Below are positions 27,384-40,016 of a DNA stretch of 41,941 nucleotides, one piece after another (the first letter of the stretch is position 1; every line of letters begins with the position of its first letter). Source of the DNA: Thauera sp. (GTDB taxonomy: Bacteria > Pseudomonadota > Gammaproteobacteria > Burkholderiales > Rhodocyclaceae). The DNA lies in assembly GCA_029286945.1 (NCBI GenBank), contig JAREIX010000028.1:1-41941 (forward strand). The letters are read 5' to 3'. A model generated the notes under the pieces. The model did no database searches. It had not been told where the DNA came from and saw nothing but the letters and a program-made list of their open reading frames with translations. Made by a program: the position numbers and the translations under genes.

Positions 27384-29146
27384 AGAAACAGCGTGCCGTC
27401 ACCTTCAACCACAATCCGCTGCTCAAGCGCGAGCTGCCCGCCTGGCGCGCGCGCCTGGTGATGCTCGGCCTGATGGGCTGCTCGCTGGCGCTGGCCGGGC
27501 GCGCGCTCTACCTGCAGGGCGTCAATAACGACTTCCTGCAGGCCAAGGGCGAGTCGCGCTACGCGCGCACGCTCGAGGTGCCCGCCACCCGCGGCCGCAT
27601 CACCGACCGTCAGGGCGACATCCTGGCGGTGAGCACGCCGGTGCGTTCGGTATGGGCGATCCCGTCCGATGCGCAGCTCGAGCCGGCGCAGGCGCGCGAA
27701 CTTGCCCGCCTGCTCGAGATGGACGTCAAGGAACTCAACGCCCGGCTGGCGACCGGGCGGGACTTCGCCTACCTCAAGCGCCAGGTGCCGCCCGAGGTCG
27801 CGCAGCAGGTCGCCGACCTGCGCCTGCCCGGCATCCACCAGCAGCAGGAATACCGCCGCTACTATCCGGGCGGCGAGGTGATGGCCCACATCCTGGGCTT
27901 CACCGACGTCGAGGACAAGGGTCAGGAGGGTATCGAGCTCGCCTTCGACAAGCGCCTGGCCGGCCGCCCGGGGGCGCGGCGCGTGATCAAGGACCGCCGC
28001 GGCCAGATCGTCGAGGACGTCGAGGCCATCCGTCCGCCGCGCGACGGCGAGGACGTGGCGCTGTCGATCGACGGCAAGATCCAGTACCTCGCCTGGTCGG
28101 CGCTGCGCGATGCGATGCATCAGCACAAGGCCCAGGCCGGCGCCGTGGTCGTGCTCGATGCGCGCAGCGGCGAGATCCTGGCGCTGGCCAACGCGCCGAC
28201 CTTCAACCCCAACAACCGCACCAACCTCAGCGGCGCGCAGCTGCGCAACCGCGTGTTCACCGACGCCTTCGAGCCCGGCTCGGTGATGAAGCCCTTCATC
28301 GCCGCGCTCGCGATGGACCGCGGCAAGGTGAAGTTCGATACCCAGATCGACACCGGCAACGGGCGCATGACGATCGGCACGGCGACGATCTCGGACACCA
28401 AGCGCCACGGCATGATGACCGTGGCCCAGATCGTGCAGAAGTCGTCCAACATCGGCACCGTCAAGATGGCGCAGCAGTTCAGCCCCGACGAGATGTGGCA
28501 CCTCTTCGACCAGCTCGGCTTCGGCACGCCGCTCAACCTCGGCTTCCCGGGCGAGACCTCGGGGCGGCTGCGTCCGGTAAAGAGCTGGCGGCCGATCGAA
28601 CAGGCCACCATGTCCTATGGCCACGGCATCTCGACCAGCCTGATCCAGATGGCGCGTGCGTACATGGTGTTCGCGCGTGACGGCGAGCTGGTGCCGCTGT
28701 CGCTGACCCGCGTCGAGGGCGCGCCGTCCTCGGGCCGCCGCATCTTCTCCGCGCACACCGCGCAGCAGATGCGCAGCATCCTGGCGATGGCGGCCGGGCC
28801 AGGCGGCACCGCGCCGCGCGCGCAGGTTCCGGGCTATACGGTGGCGGGCAAGACCGGCACCGCGCACAAGCTCGAAGGCGGGCATTACGCGCGCAAGTAC
28901 GTGTCGTCCTTCGTCGGCTTCGCGCCGGCGACCAATCCGCGCATCGTCGTCGCGGTCATGATCGACGAGCCCAGCGCCGGCCAGTACTTCGGCGGCACGG
29001 TGGCGGCACCGGTGTTCGCGCGCATCACCGAGGGCACGCTGCGCTCGCTCGGTGTGGCGCCGGACGTCCCGCTCACGCCGCTGCAACTCGCCCGCCGCAG
29101 CGCGGACGAGGCGGCCGGCAGCGCGGTCGGCAGGGAGAACATGTGA
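27380..29146 (+). CDS. ftsI: Septal transpeptidase PBP3
   Basis: RGRITDR, SVMK (SxxK), SSN, KTG. Confidence 0.96.
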   Translation: MKKQRAVTFNHNPLLKRELPAWRARLVMLGLMGCSLALAGRALYLQGVNNDFLQAKGESRYARTLEVPATRGRITDRQGDILAVSTPVRSVWAIPSDAQLEPAQARELARLLEMDVKELNARLATGRDFAYLKRQVPPEVAQQVADLRLPGIHQQQEYRRYYPGGEVMAHILGFTDVEDKGQEGIELAFDKRLAGRPGARRVIKDRRGQIVEDVEAIRPPRDGEDVALSIDGKIQYLAWSALRDAMHQHKAQAGAVVVLDARSGEILALANAPTFNPNNRTNLSGAQLRNRVFTDAFEPGSVMKPFIAALAMDRGKVKFDTQIDTGNGRMTIGTATISDTKRHGMMTVAQIVQKSSNIGTVKMAQQFSPDEMWHLFDQLGFGTPLNLGFPGETSGRLRPVKSWRPIEQATMSYGHGISTSLIQMARAYMVFARDGELVPLSLTRVEGAPSSGRRIFSAHTAQQMRSILAMAAGPGGTAPRAQVPGYTVAGKTGTAHKLEGGHYARKYVSSFVGFAPATNPRIVVAVMIDEPSAGQYFGGTVAAPVFARITEGTLRSLGVAPDVPLTPLQLARRSADEAAGSAVGRENM

Positions 29147-30648
29147 GTCCGCTCCAGGCCCAGTCGATCCTCGACCACCTGCGCGCGCAGGGCGTGGTGC
29201 CGCAGGACATCACCGCCGATTCGCGCAAGGCCGGCCCGGGGGCGGTGTTTGCCGCCTGGCCCGGGCAGCGCACCGATGGCCGCCGCTATCTCGCCGACGC
29301 CGCCGGACGTGGCGCGGCGGCCCTGCTGTGGGAGAACGGCGACGGCTTCGAGTTCGCCCCCGCCGGTGTTCCCGGCCTCGGGGTGGCGCAACTGCGCGAG
29401 CTCGCGGGGCACCTCGCCCACGCGGTGCACGGACGCCCCTCCGCGTCGCTGTGGGTGGCGGGCGTGACCGGCACCAACGGCAAGACCACGGTTACCCAGA
29501 TGCTGGCGCGCGCGCTCGGCGAGCTCGGCGAGCCCTGCGGGATCGTCGGCACGCTCGGCTGCGGCTTTCCGGACGCGCTCGAGGAAGGCCTCAACACCAC
29601 CCCCGATGCGCTCGAGCTGCACCGCTGGTTCGCGCGCTTCCTCGCCGCCGGCGCCAGCGGCGCGGCGATGGAGGTGTCGTCGATCGGGCTCGACCAGGGG
29701 CGCGTCAACGGCGTGCAGTTCGACGTGGCCGTGTTCACCAACCTCAGCCGCGACCACCTCGACTACCACGGCACCATGGACGCCTATGCCGAGGCCAAGG
29801 CGCGGCTGTTCGCGTGCCCCGAGGTGCGAACCAGCGTCATCAACATCGACGACGCCTACGGGCTGACGCTCGCCCGCCGGCTGGTGGCCGAAGGGCGGGA
29901 CCTGATCGCCTGCACCCTCTACGTCGCCAACCTCGCGGCGGTGCCCGGTGCGCGCGTGCTGCATGCCGACCGGCTGCAGGCGGCCCCTGCCGGCCTGCGC
30001 TTCGCGCTGGGGTGGGCCGGACAGGAAGTCGACGTCAGCGTGCGCATGGTGGCGCCGTTCAATGTCTCCAACCTGATCGCGGTGGCCGCGGCGCTGCTCG
30101 CGCGCGGGGTGGAGTTCGACAGCCTGGCGCCGGTGCTCGCGCGCCTGGTGCCGCCGCAGGGCCGCATGCAGCTCGTCGGCGGGGTGTGCGAGCCGCTGGT
30201 TGTGGTCGACTATGCGCACTCGCCCGACGCCCTCGCCAAGGTACTCGAGGCCCTGCGCGCCACGGTGCATACGCGCGGCGGGCGTCTCGTCTGCGTGTTC
30301 GGCTGCGGCGGCGATCGCGACCCGGGCAAGCGTCCGATGATGGGTGAGATCGCCCGCGCGCTCGCCGACCGCGTGGTGATCACCAGTGACAATCCGCGCT
30401 CCGAGGATCCCTTGCGCATCATCGAGGCGATCGCGGCGGGCGCAGGGCCCGCGGCCGAGCAGGTGGTCGATCGTGCGCAGGCCATTGCGCGCGCGATCGC
30501 CGACGCGGGCGCGGACGACGTGGTGCTGATCGCGGGCAAGGGCCATGAGCCGTATCAGGAGATCCTCGGCCAGCGCCTGCCCTTTTCTGATCTGGAGCAG
30601 GCGCGCCTGGCCCTGCGCGGCTGGCAGGCGCGGGGAGTCGGACGATGA
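29143..30648 (+). CDS. murE: UDP-MurNAc-dipeptide:meso-DAP ligase
   Basis: [25 protein letters not shown] (DAP specificity), AGKGHE. Confidence 0.96.
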   Translation: MSPLQAQSILDHLRAQGVVPQDITADSRKAGPGAVFAAWPGQRTDGRRYLADAAGRGAAALLWENGDGFEFAPAGVPGLGVAQLRELAGHLAHAVHGRPSASLWVAGVTGTNGKTTVTQMLARALGELGEPCGIVGTLGCGFPDALEEGLNTTPDALELHRWFARFLAAGASGAAMEVSSIGLDQGRVNGVQFDVAVFTNLSRDHLDYHGTMDAYAEAKARLFACPEVRTSVINIDDAYGLTLARRLVAEGRDLIACTLYVANLAAVPGARVLHADRLQAAPAGLRFALGWAGQEVDVSVRMVAPFNVSNLIAVAAALLARGVEFDSLAPVLARLVPPQGRMQLVGGVCEPLVVVDYAHSPDALAKVLEALRATVHTRGGRLVCVFGCGGDRDPGKRPMMGEIARALADRVVITSDNPRSEDPLRIIEAIAAGAGPAAEQVVDRAQAIARAIADAGADDVVLIAGKGHEPYQEILGQRLPFSDLEQARLALRGWQARGVGR

Positions 30649-32057
30649 TGACGCTGCAGGACGCCGCGCGTGCGCTCGGTGCGCACGAGGCTCGTTTCAC
30701 CGCGCTGGCCCGCTTCGAATGCGTGGGCACCGACAGTCGCGCGCTGTCGCCCGGCCAACTCTTCGTCGCGCTGCGCGGCGAGCGCTTCGACGGCCACGAC
30801 TTCGTGGCGGCCGCCGCGAAGGCCGGCGCCGCCGCGGCGATGGTCGATGCCGCCTGGGCCGACGCGCATGCGGACGCCGCGCTGCCGCTGCTGGTGGTCG
30901 ACGACACCCGCCTGGCGCTCGGCTCGATGGCGGCAGCCTGGCGCGCACGCTTCGCCTTTCCGGTGATCGGCGTCACCGGCAGCAACGGCAAGACCACCGT
31001 CAAGGAGATGTGTGCGGCCATCCTGCGCGCGCAGGCGCGGCGCGACGGCTTCGGCGAGGAGTCCGTGCTCGCCACTCGCGGCAACCTCAACAACGACATC
31101 GGCCTGCCGCTCACCCTGCTCGAGCTGCGCGACTTCCATCGCGCCGCGGTGGTCGAGATGGGCATGAACCACCCGGGCGAGATCGCCTATCTCACCGCGC
31201 TCGCGCAGCCCACGGTCGCGCTGGTGAACAACGCCCAGCGCGCGCACCTGGAGGGCATGGGTGGGGTCGAGGAGGTCGCACGCGAGAAGGGCACGATCTA
31301 CCAGGGCCTGGGGAGTGCGGGTGTCGCGGTGGTCAATGCCGACGATCCCCACGCCGACTACTGGTGCGGACTCAACGTCGGGCGCCGGATTGTGACATTC
31401 GGTGTCGATGACGCGGCGGACGTACGCGGGCGGTGTACCCTGCGCGGCCTCGGCTCGCGGCTCGAACTCGACACCCCTCAGGGGACGGTCGAGTTCGCCC
31501 TGCAGGTGCCGGGTCTGCACAACGCGCGCAACGCCGTCGCGGCCGCGGCCGCCTGCCTGGCGGCGGGGGTGACGCTCGACGCGGTCGCCGAAGGCCTGGG
31601 CGAGTTCGCCGGCACCCGCGGCAGGCTGCAACGGCGCGTGGGGCCGAACGGGGCGCTGATCCTCGACGACTCCTACAACGCCAATCCCGACTCGGTGCGC
31701 GCCGGGATCGACGTGCTGGCCTCGATGCCGGGCCACACCTGGCTGGTGCTGGGCGACATGGGTGAGGTCGGCGAGACCAGCGCCCAGGTGCACGACGAGA
31801 TCGGCGGCTACGCCAAGAGCAAGGGCATCGACGGCCTGTTCGCGCTGGGCGACATGAGCGCGGTGGCGGTGCGCAACTTCGGCGAGGGCGGGCGTCATTT
31901 CGCCTCGCACGAGGCCCTCGTCAAGGCGCTCGCGCCGCGGCTGGATGCAGATTCGGTGGTGCTGGTGAAAGGCTCGCGTTTCATGGCGATGGAAAGGGTG
32001 GCGGACGCGCTTGCGGCAATGCACAATTCCGCCCCTTCGAACGGAACCGGCTCCTGA
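30645..32057 (+). CDS. murF: UDP-MurNAc-tripeptide:D-Ala-D-Ala ligase
   Basis: [36 protein letters not shown]. Confidence 0.96.
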   Translation: MMTLQDAARALGAHEARFTALARFECVGTDSRALSPGQLFVALRGERFDGHDFVAAAAKAGAAAAMVDAAWADAHADAALPLLVVDDTRLALGSMAAAWRARFAFPVIGVTGSNGKTTVKEMCAAILRAQARRDGFGEESVLATRGNLNNDIGLPLTLLELRDFHRAAVVEMGMNHPGEIAYLTALAQPTVALVNNAQRAHLEGMGGVEEVAREKGTIYQGLGSAGVAVVNADDPHADYWCGLNVGRRIVTFGVDDAADVRGRCTLRGLGSRLELDTPQGTVEFALQVPGLHNARNAVAAAAACLAAGVTLDAVAEGLGEFAGTRGRLQRRVGPNGALILDDSYNANPDSVRAGIDVLASMPGHTWLVLGDMGEVGETSAQVHDEIGGYAKSKGIDGLFALGDMSAVAVRNFGEGGRHFASHEALVKALAPRLDADSVVLVKGSRFMAMERVADALAAMHNSAPSNGTGS

Positions 32058-32058
32058 C

Positions 32059-33147
32059 ATGCTGTTGGAACTTGCTCTCTGGCTCGGCCAGGACATTCGT
32101 GGCTTCAACGTCTTCGGCTACATCACGCTGCGGACGGTGCTCGCCGCCCTCACCGCGCTGGCGATCTCGCTGATCGCCGGCCCGGCCGTCATCCGCTGGC
32201 TCGCCGCCAAGAAGATCGGCCAGGCGGTGCGCGACGACGGCCCCAAGTCGCACCTGACCAAGGCCGGCACGCCGACCATGGGCGGCGCGCTGATCCTGAT
32301 CGCGATCGGCGTCACCATCCTGCTGTGGGGCGACCTGAAGAACGACTACGTGTGGGTGACGCTGCTCGTCACCCTGGGCTTCGGCGCGGTGGGCTGGGTC
32401 GATGACTGGCGCAAGGTCGTGCATCGCGACCCGAAGGGCCTGGCGAGCCGCTGGAAGTACCTGTGGACTTCGGCGATCGCGCTCGCCGCGGCGATCTACC
32501 TCGGCCTCACCGCCGACACGCCGGCCGAGACCGAGCTGATCGTGCCCTTCTTCAAGGCCGTGGCCTATCCGCTGGGCATCTTCGGCTTCATCGCGCTGAC
32601 CTATTTCGTCATCAACGGCACCAGCCACGCGGTGAACCTCACCGACGGCCTCGACGGCCTGGCGATCATGCCCACGGTGATGGTGGCGGCGGCGCTGGCG
32701 ATCTTCGCCTACGTCGCCGGCCACGTCGGCTTCTCGAAGTACCTCGGGGTGCCCTATGTGGCGGGCGCGGGGGAGCTCGCCGTGTTCTGCGGCGCGATCT
32801 GCGGCGCCGGGCTGGGCTTCCTGTGGTTCAACGCCTATCCCGCCGAAGTCTTCATGGGTGACGTCGGCGCGCTCGCGCTCGGCGCCGCGCTCGGTACCAT
32901 CGCCGTCATCGTGCGCCAGGAGATCGTGCTCTTCATCATGGGCGGCCTGTTCGTCGCCGAGACCCTGTCGGTGATGGTGCAGGTGCTGTACTTCAAGGCC
33001 ACCGGCGGCAAGCGCATCTTCCGCATGGCGCCGCTGCACCATCACTACGAGCTCGGCGGCTGGAAGGAGACCCAGGTCGTGGTCCGCTTCTGGATCATCA
33101 CCATCATGCTGGTGCTGTTCGGGCTGTCGACGCTGAAACTGCGATGA
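32059..33147 (+). CDS. mraY: Phospho-MurNAc-pentapeptide transferase
   Basis: [30 protein letters not shown]. Confidence 0.97.
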   Translation: MLLELALWLGQDIRGFNVFGYITLRTVLAALTALAISLIAGPAVIRWLAAKKIGQAVRDDGPKSHLTKAGTPTMGGALILIAIGVTILLWGDLKNDYVWVTLLVTLGFGAVGWVDDWRKVVHRDPKGLASRWKYLWTSAIALAAAIYLGLTADTPAETELIVPFFKAVAYPLGIFGFIALTYFVINGTSHAVNLTDGLDGLAIMPTVMVAAALAIFAYVAGHVGFSKYLGVPYVAGAGELAVFCGAICGAGLGFLWFNAYPAEVFMGDVGALALGAALGTIAVIVRQEIVLFIMGGLFVAETLSVMVQVLYFKATGGKRIFRMAPLHHHYELGGWKETQVVVRFWIITIMLVLFGLSTLKLR

Positions 33148-34544
33148 GCGCACTGACCGGAAAACACGTCCTCGTCCTCGGGCTCGGCGAATCGGGCCTC
33201 GCGATGGCGCGCTGGTGCGCGTTGCGAGGCGCGCGCGTGCGGGTGGCCGACAGTCGCGCCACCCCGCCCGGGCTGGACGCGCTGCGCGCCGATGCGCCGC
33301 TGGCCGAGGTTGTCACCGGCAGCTTCGGCGCCGAGGTGCTCGACGGCATCAAGCTGGTCGCGCTCAGCCCCGGACTCGATCCGCGCGTGGGGGTCGCCGC
33401 CGAGGCGCGCCGCCGCGGGCTGCCGATCAGCGGCGAGATGAGCCTGCTCGCGCAGGCACTGGACGAACTCGGGGTGCGCGCGCAGACCCGCATCCTCGCC
33501 ATCACCGGCACCAACGGCAAGACCACCACCACCGCGCTTGCCGCCGCGCTCGCGCAGTCGGCCGGCATCGATGCGGTGGCCGCCGGCAACATCAGCCCGG
33601 CCGCGCTCGACGTGCTGATGGAGCGCCTCGAGATCGGCGCCGAACTGCCCGCCTGCTGGGTGCTCGAGCTCTCCAGCTTCCAGATCGAGACCATGCGCGG
33701 CCTGGACGCCGAGGCGGCGACCGTGCTCAACGTCACCGACGACCACCTCGACCGCTACGCCGACCTCGCGGAGTACGCCGCCACCAAGGCCGCGATCTTC
33801 CAGGGCGAGGGCGTGCAGGTGCTCAATCGCGACGATGCGCGCGTGGCCGCGATGGCGCTCGCCGGGCGCAGGGTGATCCGCTTCGGCGCCTCGGCGCCCG
33901 CGGCCGCCCACGACTACGGCATCGTCGATGCCGCCGGCCAGGCCTGGCTGATGCGTGGCGACGAACGCCTGCTCGCGCTCGCCGACCTGCCGCTCGCCGG
34001 TCGCCACAACGCGGCCAACGCGCTCGCCGCGCTCGCGCTGTGCGAGGGCGGGCTGGGCATCGCGCCGCAGCGCCTGATCCCCGGCCTGCTCGCCTTCCGC
34101 GGCCTGCCGCACCGGGTCGAGCTGGTCGCCCAGCGCGCCGACGGCGTGCGCTTCTACGACGACTCCAAGGGCACCAACGTCGGCGCCACGGTGGCGGCGC
34201 TGGCCGGCATGGAATGCCCGGTGGTGCTGATCGCAGGCGGCGATGGCAAGGGGCAGGACTTCTCGCCGCTGGCCGCGGTGTTCGCACGCAAGGCGCGCGC
34301 GGTGGTGCTGATCGGTCGCGACGCCGGCCGCATCGAGGCCGCCGTCGCCGGCTGCGGCGTGGCGCTCGAGCACGCCGCCGACCTCGACGCCGCGGTGCTG
34401 CGCGCCAATGCGCTGGCGCAGCCGGGCGACGCGGTGCTGCTGTCGCCGGCCTGCGCCAGTCTCGACATGTTCCGCAACTACGCGCATCGCGCCGAGGTCT
34501 TCATCGCCGCAGCGCGCCGGCTGCCGGAGGTGACGCCGCGATGA
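33144..34544 (+). CDS. murD: UDP-MurNAc-L-Ala:D-Glu ligase
   Basis: [38 protein letters not shown]. Confidence 0.96.
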   Translation: MSALTGKHVLVLGLGESGLAMARWCALRGARVRVADSRATPPGLDALRADAPLAEVVTGSFGAEVLDGIKLVALSPGLDPRVGVAAEARRRGLPISGEMSLLAQALDELGVRAQTRILAITGTNGKTTTTALAAALAQSAGIDAVAAGNISPAALDVLMERLEIGAELPACWVLELSSFQIETMRGLDAEAATVLNVTDDHLDRYADLAEYAATKAAIFQGEGVQVLNRDDARVAAMALAGRRVIRFGASAPAAAHDYGIVDAAGQAWLMRGDERLLALADLPLAGRHNAANALAALALCEGGLGIAPQRLIPGLLAFRGLPHRVELVAQRADGVRFYDDSKGTNVGATVAALAGMECPVVLIAGGDGKGQDFSPLAAVFARKARAVVLIGRDAGRIEAAVAGCGVALEHAADLDAAVLRANALAQPGDAVLLSPACASLDMFRNYAHRAEVFIAAARRLPEVTPR

Positions 34545-35770
34545 AGCTCACAAGCACCCTGGCCGGACTCCTGCGCCGTGGCGAGCGCGCGCCCGACCCG
34601 GCGCGCGCCGCCGCCGGACGCCTCGCCCGCCACGCCGCGCCGGCGCGCGAGCTCGACCTCATCCTGATCTGGTCGGCGGTCGGCCTGCTGCTGCTCGGCT
34701 TGGTCATGGTCTATTCGGCCTCGATCGCGATCGCCGAGGGCAGCCGTTTCACCGGCTACCAGTCGCACTACTTCCTGATGCGCCACGCGGTCTTCCTCGC
34801 GGTGGGCATCGGCCTCGGCCTGGTCAGCTTCCAGTTCTCGATGGCGCGCTGGCAGCAGCTGGCGCCGGTGCTGTTCGTTGCCGGGGTGGTGCTGCTGGTG
34901 GTGGTGCTGATCCCCGGGGTGGGGCGCGAGGTCAATGGCGCGCAGCGCTGGCTCTCGCTCGGGCCGGTGAACCTGCAGCCCTCCGAGCTGATGAAGATCT
35001 TCGCCGCGCTCTACGCCGCCGACTACACCGTGCGCAAGCTCGACGTCATGGGCAGCTTCGTGAAGGGCTTCGTGCCGATGATGTCGGTGATCCTGCTCGT
35101 CGGCTTCCTGCTGCTGCGCGAGCCCGACTTCGGCGCCTTCGTCGTCATCACCACGATCGCCTTCGGCGTGCTCTTCCTCGGTGGCGTCAATGTGCGCGTG
35201 TTCATCCTGCTCGCGGTGGTGGCGCTGATCGGCTTCGTGCTGCTGATCTGGACCTCGCCCTACCGCCGCGACCGCATCTTCGGCTTCATGGACCCGTGGC
35301 AGGACGCCTTCGGCAAGGGCTACCAGCTGTCGCACTCGCTGATCGCCTTCGGCCGCGGCGAGTGGTTCGGCGTCGGCCTCGGCGGCAGCGTGGAGAAGCT
35401 CTTCTACCTGCCCGAGGCGCACACCGACTTCCTGCTCGCGGTGATCGCCGAGGAGCTCGGCTTCGTCGGCGTGCTCGCCGTGGTGGTGCTGTTCGCGCTC
35501 GTGGTTCATCGCGCCTTCATCATCGGCCGCGAGGCGATCAAGCTCGAGCGCTACTTCTCCGGGCTGGTCGCGCAGGGCATCGGGCTGTGGTTCGGCGTGC
35601 AGTCCTTCATCAACATGGGCGTCAACATGGGCCTGCTGCCCACCAAGGGCCTGACCCTGCCGCTGATGAGCTTCGGCGGCTCGGGCATCGTCGCCAACTG
35701 CGTCGCGCTCGGCATCCTGCTGCGGGTGGACTGGGAGAGCCGTCAGCTCATGCGCGGAGGCCGCACGTGA
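34541..35770 (+). CDS. ftsW: SEDS peptidoglycan glycosyltransferase FtsW
   Basis: [32 protein letters not shown]. Confidence 0.96.
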   Translation: MKLTSTLAGLLRRGERAPDPARAAAGRLARHAAPARELDLILIWSAVGLLLLGLVMVYSASIAIAEGSRFTGYQSHYFLMRHAVFLAVGIGLGLVSFQFSMARWQQLAPVLFVAGVVLLVVVLIPGVGREVNGAQRWLSLGPVNLQPSELMKIFAALYAADYTVRKLDVMGSFVKGFVPMMSVILLVGFLLLREPDFGAFVVITTIAFGVLFLGGVNVRVFILLAVVALIGFVLLIWTSPYRRDRIFGFMDPWQDAFGKGYQLSHSLIAFGRGEWFGVGLGGSVEKLFYLPEAHTDFLLAVIAEELGFVGVLAVVVLFALVVHRAFIIGREAIKLERYFSGLVAQGIGLWFGVQSFINMGVNMGLLPTKGLTLPLMSFGGSGIVANCVALGILLRVDWESRQLMRGGRT

Positions 35771-36837
35771 AATCGCTGATGGTCATGGCCGGCGGCACCG
35801 GCGGCCACATCTTCCCGGGCATCGCCGTGGCCGAGGAGCTGCGCGCGCAGGGCTGGCGCATCGTGTGGATGGGTAATCCGGATGGCATGGAGGCGCGCAT
35901 CGTGCCGGCGCGCGGCTACGAGACCGCCTGGGTGCGCTTCGGCGCGCTGCGCGGCAAGGGCCTGCTGCGCAAGCTGCTGCTGCCGGTGAATCTGCTCTCG
36001 GGTTTCTGGCAGGCCTGGCGCGAGCTGCGCCGCATCAAGCCCGACGTGGTGCTCGGCATGGGCGGCTACATCACCTTCCCGGGCGGCATGATGGCCGCGC
36101 TGCTCGGCCGGCCGCTGGTGCTGCACGAGCAGAACTCGGTCGCGGGTCTTGCCAACCGGGTGCTCGCGCGGGTCGCCGACCGCGTGCTGAGCGGCTTCCC
36201 CGAGGTGCTGGAGAATGCCGAGTGGCTGGGTAATCCGGTGCGTGCCGAGATCGCGGCGGTGCTGCCGCCGCCCGAGCGCTACAACGGACGGCGCGGCCCG
36301 CTGCGCGTGCTGGTGGTGGGCGGCAGCCTGGGCGCCGCGGTGCTCAACGAGACCGTGCCGCAGGCGCTCGCCCGACTCGCGCCCGAGGTGCGCCCCGAGG
36401 TGGTGCACCAGGCCGGCGAGCGCCAGATCGAGGCGCTGCGCGCAGCCTACGCGCGGGCGCAGGTCGAGGGCGAGCTGCGGCCCTTCATCGACGACATGGC
36501 CGCCGCCTATGCCGACGCCGACCTGGTGATCTGCCGTGCCGGCGCGCTGACCGTGGCCGAGCTCGCGGCCGCGGGCGTGGCCAGCCTGCTGGTGCCCTTT
36601 CCCCATGCGGTGGACGACCACCAGACCGGCAACGCGCGCTTTCTCGCCGACCGCGGCGCCGCCTACCTGCTGCCGCAGACCGAACTCTCGCCCGACCGCC
36701 TGGCGGGCATCCTTTCCAGCCTGGATCGCGGCCGCCTGCTGAACATGGCCGAGCACGCGCGCACGCTCGCCAAGCCGCTCGCGGCGGTGGCGGTGGCGCA
36801 GGTGTGCACCGAACTGGCCGGTGGAGACGCGACATGA
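35767..36837 (+). CDS. murG: Lipid I N-acetylglucosaminyltransferase
   Basis: GTG start; [40 protein letters not shown]. Confidence 0.96.
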   Translation: MKSLMVMAGGTGGHIFPGIAVAEELRAQGWRIVWMGNPDGMEARIVPARGYETAWVRFGALRGKGLLRKLLLPVNLLSGFWQAWRELRRIKPDVVLGMGGYITFPGGMMAALLGRPLVLHEQNSVAGLANRVLARVADRVLSGFPEVLENAEWLGNPVRAEIAAVLPPPERYNGRRGPLRVLVVGGSLGAAVLNETVPQALARLAPEVRPEVVHQAGERQIEALRAAYARAQVEGELRPFIDDMAAAYADADLVICRAGALTVAELAAAGVASLLVPFPHAVDDHQTGNARFLADRGAAYLLPQTELSPDRLAGILSSLDRGRLLNMAEHARTLAKPLAAVAVAQVCTELAGGDAT

Positions 36838-38249
36838 AACACAAGGTCAGGAACATCCATTTCGTCGGCATTGGCGGCGCGGGCATGAGCGGCATCGCCG
36901 AGGTGCTGGTCAACCAGGGCTATCGCGTCAGCGGCTCCGATCTTGGCGAGAGCGCCGTCACCCGGCGCCTGCAGAAGATGGGCGCGCGGGTGGTGCGCGG
37001 GCACGCCGCCGAGAACACCGCCGACGCCGACGTGGTCGTGGTGTCGACCGCGGTGAAGGCCGACAACCCGGAGGTGGTGGCCGCGCGCGAGCGCCACATC
37101 CCGGTGGTGCCCCGCGCGCAGATGCTCGCCGAGCTGATGCGCTTCAAGCACGGCATCGCGATCGCCGGCACCCACGGCAAGACCACCACCACCTCGCTGG
37201 TGGCGAGCATCCTCGCCGAGGGCGGCATCGACCCCACCTTCGTCATCGGCGGTCGCCTCAACGCCGCCGGCGCCAACGCGCGCCTGGGCACCGGCGACTA
37301 CCTGGTGGCCGAGGCCGACGAGTCGGACGCCTCCTTCCTGCTGCTCAATCCGGTGATCTCGGTGGTGACCAACATCGACGCCGACCACATGGACACCTAC
37401 GGCCACGACTTCGGCCGCGTCAAGCAGGCCTTCGTCGATTTCCTGCAGCGCCTGCCCTTCTACGGCGTCGCCGTGCTGTGCGAGGACGACCCCAACGTGC
37501 GCGAGATCATGCCGCAGGTGTCGAAGCAGATCGTCCGCTACGGCCTGTCGCCGACCGCCAACATCCGCGCCGAGAACGTCCGCGCCGACGGCGGACGCAT
37601 GCTGTTCGACTGCGTGCGGGTCAATGGGACGACCACCCGGCTGCCGATCGAGCTCAACCTGCCAGGCGTGCACAACGTGCTCAATGCGCTCGCCGCGATC
37701 GCGGTGGCGACCGAGGTGCAGGTGCCGGACGCGGCCATCGTCAAGGCGCTCGCCGAGTTCAACGGCGTCGGCCGGCGCTTCCAGCGCTATGGCGAGGTCG
37801 CGCTGCTCGACCGGGACGGTGACGAGGGCGGCAGCTTCACGCTGATCGACGATTACGGCCACCACCCGGTGGAGATGGCGGCGACCATCGCCGCGGCGCG
37901 CGGCGCCTTCCCCGGCCGCCGCCTGGTGCTGGCCTTCCAGCCGCACCGCTACACCCGTACCCGCGACTGCTTCGAGGACTTCGTCAAGGTGCTGTCGACC
38001 GTCGATGGCCTGCTGCTGGCCGAGGTCTATGCTGCCGGCGAGTCGCCGATCGTCGCCGCCGAAGGGCGCTCGCTGGCGCGCGCGATCCGCGTGGCGGGAA
38101 CGGTGGAGCCGGTGTTCGTCGAGGACATCGCCGACATGCCGAGGATGATTCTTTCTGCCGCGCGCGATGGCGACGTGGTGATCACCATGGGAGCGGGCAG
38201 CATCGGCGCGGTGCCGGGCAAGCTCGCCCGTATCGAGGAAGCAGCGTGA
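36834..38249 (+). CDS. murC: UDP-MurNAc:L-Ala ligase
   Basis: [36 protein letters not shown]. Confidence 0.97.
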   Translation: MKHKVRNIHFVGIGGAGMSGIAEVLVNQGYRVSGSDLGESAVTRRLQKMGARVVRGHAAENTADADVVVVSTAVKADNPEVVAARERHIPVVPRAQMLAELMRFKHGIAIAGTHGKTTTTSLVASILAEGGIDPTFVIGGRLNAAGANARLGTGDYLVAEADESDASFLLLNPVISVVTNIDADHMDTYGHDFGRVKQAFVDFLQRLPFYGVAVLCEDDPNVREIMPQVSKQIVRYGLSPTANIRAENVRADGGRMLFDCVRVNGTTTRLPIELNLPGVHNVLNALAAIAVATEVQVPDAAIVKALAEFNGVGRRFQRYGEVALLDRDGDEGGSFTLIDDYGHHPVEMAATIAAARGAFPGRRLVLAFQPHRYTRTRDCFEDFVKVLSTVDGLLLAEVYAAGESPIVAAEGRSLARAIRVAGTVEPVFVEDIADMPRMILSAARDGDVVITMGAGSIGAVPGKLARIEEAA

Positions 38250-39160
38250 AGGCGCGTTTCGGAAAGGTTGCGGTGCTGTTCGGCGGCTCGTCCGCCGAGC
38301 GCGAGGTGTCCCTGATGTCGGGCAACGCGGTGCTCGCCGCGCTGCAGGCGGCCGGGGTGGACGCGCATGCCTTCGATCCGGCCGAGCGCGACCTGCACAT
38401 CCTCAAGGAGGAAAGTTTCGAGCGAGTGTTCATCGCCCTGCACGGCCGCGGCGGCGAGGACGGCACGGTGCAGGGCGCGCTCGAGCTGATGGGCATCCCC
38501 TACACCGGCAGCGGCGTCATGGCCTCGGCGCTGTCGATGGACAAGTGGCGCACCAAGATGGTGTGGCTGGCGAGCGGCCTGCCCACGCCGCGCTACGCGA
38601 TCCTCGAGGCCGGCACCGACTGGGACGCGGTGGTCGCTGAGCTCGGCCTGCCGATCTTCGTCAAGCCGGCGCACGAGGGCTCGAGCATGGGCGCCACCAA
38701 GGTGACCGAGCCCGCGCAGCTGAAGGGGGCCTGGGAGCTGGCGGCGCGCTACGACAGCCTGGTGATCGCCGAGGAGTTCATCGCCGGCGAGGAGCTGACC
38801 GCGCCTTTCCTCGACGACCGCGCGCTGCCGCTGGTGCGCATCGTCGCCCCCGATGGCAACTACGACTACCAGCACAAGTACTTCACCGACGACACCCGCT
38901 ACGACTGCCCCTGCGGCCTGCCCGCCGACCAGGAGGCCGCGCTGCAGGCGCTGGTGATGAAGTCGGCGCAGGTGCTGGGCTGCCGCGGCTGGGGCCGCGC
39001 CGACCTGATCCTGACCGCCGACGGCCGCCCCTACCTGCTCGAGATGAACACCTCGCCCGGCATGACCGGCCACTCGCTGGTGCCGATGTCCGCGCGCGTT
39101 GCCGGACTCGACTTCACCGCGCTCTGCCTGCGCATCCTCGAAGGAGCGCGCCTTGGCTGA
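38246..39160 (+). CDS. ddlB: D-alanine--D-alanine ligase
   Basis: [37 protein letters not shown]. Confidence 0.96.
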   Translation: MKARFGKVAVLFGGSSAEREVSLMSGNAVLAALQAAGVDAHAFDPAERDLHILKEESFERVFIALHGRGGEDGTVQGALELMGIPYTGSGVMASALSMDKWRTKMVWLASGLPTPRYAILEAGTDWDAVVAELGLPIFVKPAHEGSSMGATKVTEPAQLKGAWELAARYDSLVIAEEFIAGEELTAPFLDDRALPLVRIVAPDGNYDYQHKYFTDDTRYDCPCGLPADQEAALQALVMKSAQVLGCRGWGRADLILTADGRPYLLEMNTSPGMTGHSLVPMSARVAGLDFTALCLRILEGARLG

Positions 39161-40016
39161 TGTCGTCGCCCGCCCGGCCTCGATCCGTTCCGCCCGTCCG
39201 GCGGCCGCGGGCGGGCGGGCACGCGCCGGCACGGAGAAGGGGCTGTGGCATCGTCCGGCGCTGCTCAACCTCATTTCCGACCTGCTGACGCTGGCGGCGG
39301 CGGTGGCCTTGGGCTGGGCGCTGGTGCTGTGGTTCGTGTCGCGACCGCTGTTCCCGCTGCGGGAGCTGGTGGTGATCACCAATCCCACCCAGGTGACCGA
39401 GGAGCAGCTCGACTACGCCGCCCGCCTGGCGGTGCAGGGCAACTTCTTCACCGTCGATCTGGATCAGGTCAAGGCCACCTTCGAGAAGCTGCCCTGGGTG
39501 CGCAAGGCCGAGGTGCGCCGGCGCTGGCCGGACGCGCTCGAGCTGCGCATCGAGGAGCACGATGCGGTGGCTTACTGGACCGTCTCGGAGAGTGGCGATG
39601 CCCGCCTGGTCAATCGCCAGGGCGAGGTCTTCGTCGCCGCCTCGAACGCCGACCTGCCTCAGTTCGACGGCCCGCAGGGCTCCTCGAGCTGGCTGCTCGC
39701 GCGCCACGGCGAGTTTTCGGCGATGCTGCAGCCGCTCGGCGTGCGCCTGGTCGGGCTGGCGCTGTCGGCGCGCGAGGCCTGGCAGCTGCAGCTCGACAAC
39801 GGCATGACCATCGTGCTCGGTCGCGAACAGGACAAATCCACGCTGGTGCAGCGGCTGCAGCGTTTCATCGCGGTGTGGCCGCGCGTGCAGCAGGAAATCG
39901 ATATCGAAATCAGGGTCGCGGATCTGCGCTATCCGGGCGGGATCGCGCTGACCCCGGCCGATGCCTCGGTGCTGCAGCAGGCCGTGGCCCCCGCAGGCAG
40001 GAAAGGCAAGCAATGA
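39153..40016 (+). CDS. ftsQ: Cell division protein FtsQ
   Basis: TTG start after RBS aaggag; TM, POTRA domain ([14 protein letters not shown]), DLRY. Confidence 0.92.
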   Translation: MADVVARPASIRSARPAAAGGRARAGTEKGLWHRPALLNLISDLLTLAAAVALGWALVLWFVSRPLFPLRELVVITNPTQVTEEQLDYAARLAVQGNFFTVDLDQVKATFEKLPWVRKAEVRRRWPDALELRIEEHDAVAYWTVSESGDARLVNRQGEVFVAASNADLPQFDGPQGSSSWLLARHGEFSAMLQPLGVRLVGLALSAREAWQLQLDNGMTIVLGREQDKSTLVQRLQRFIAVWPRVQQEIDIEIRVADLRYPGGIALTPADASVLQQAVAPAGRKGKQ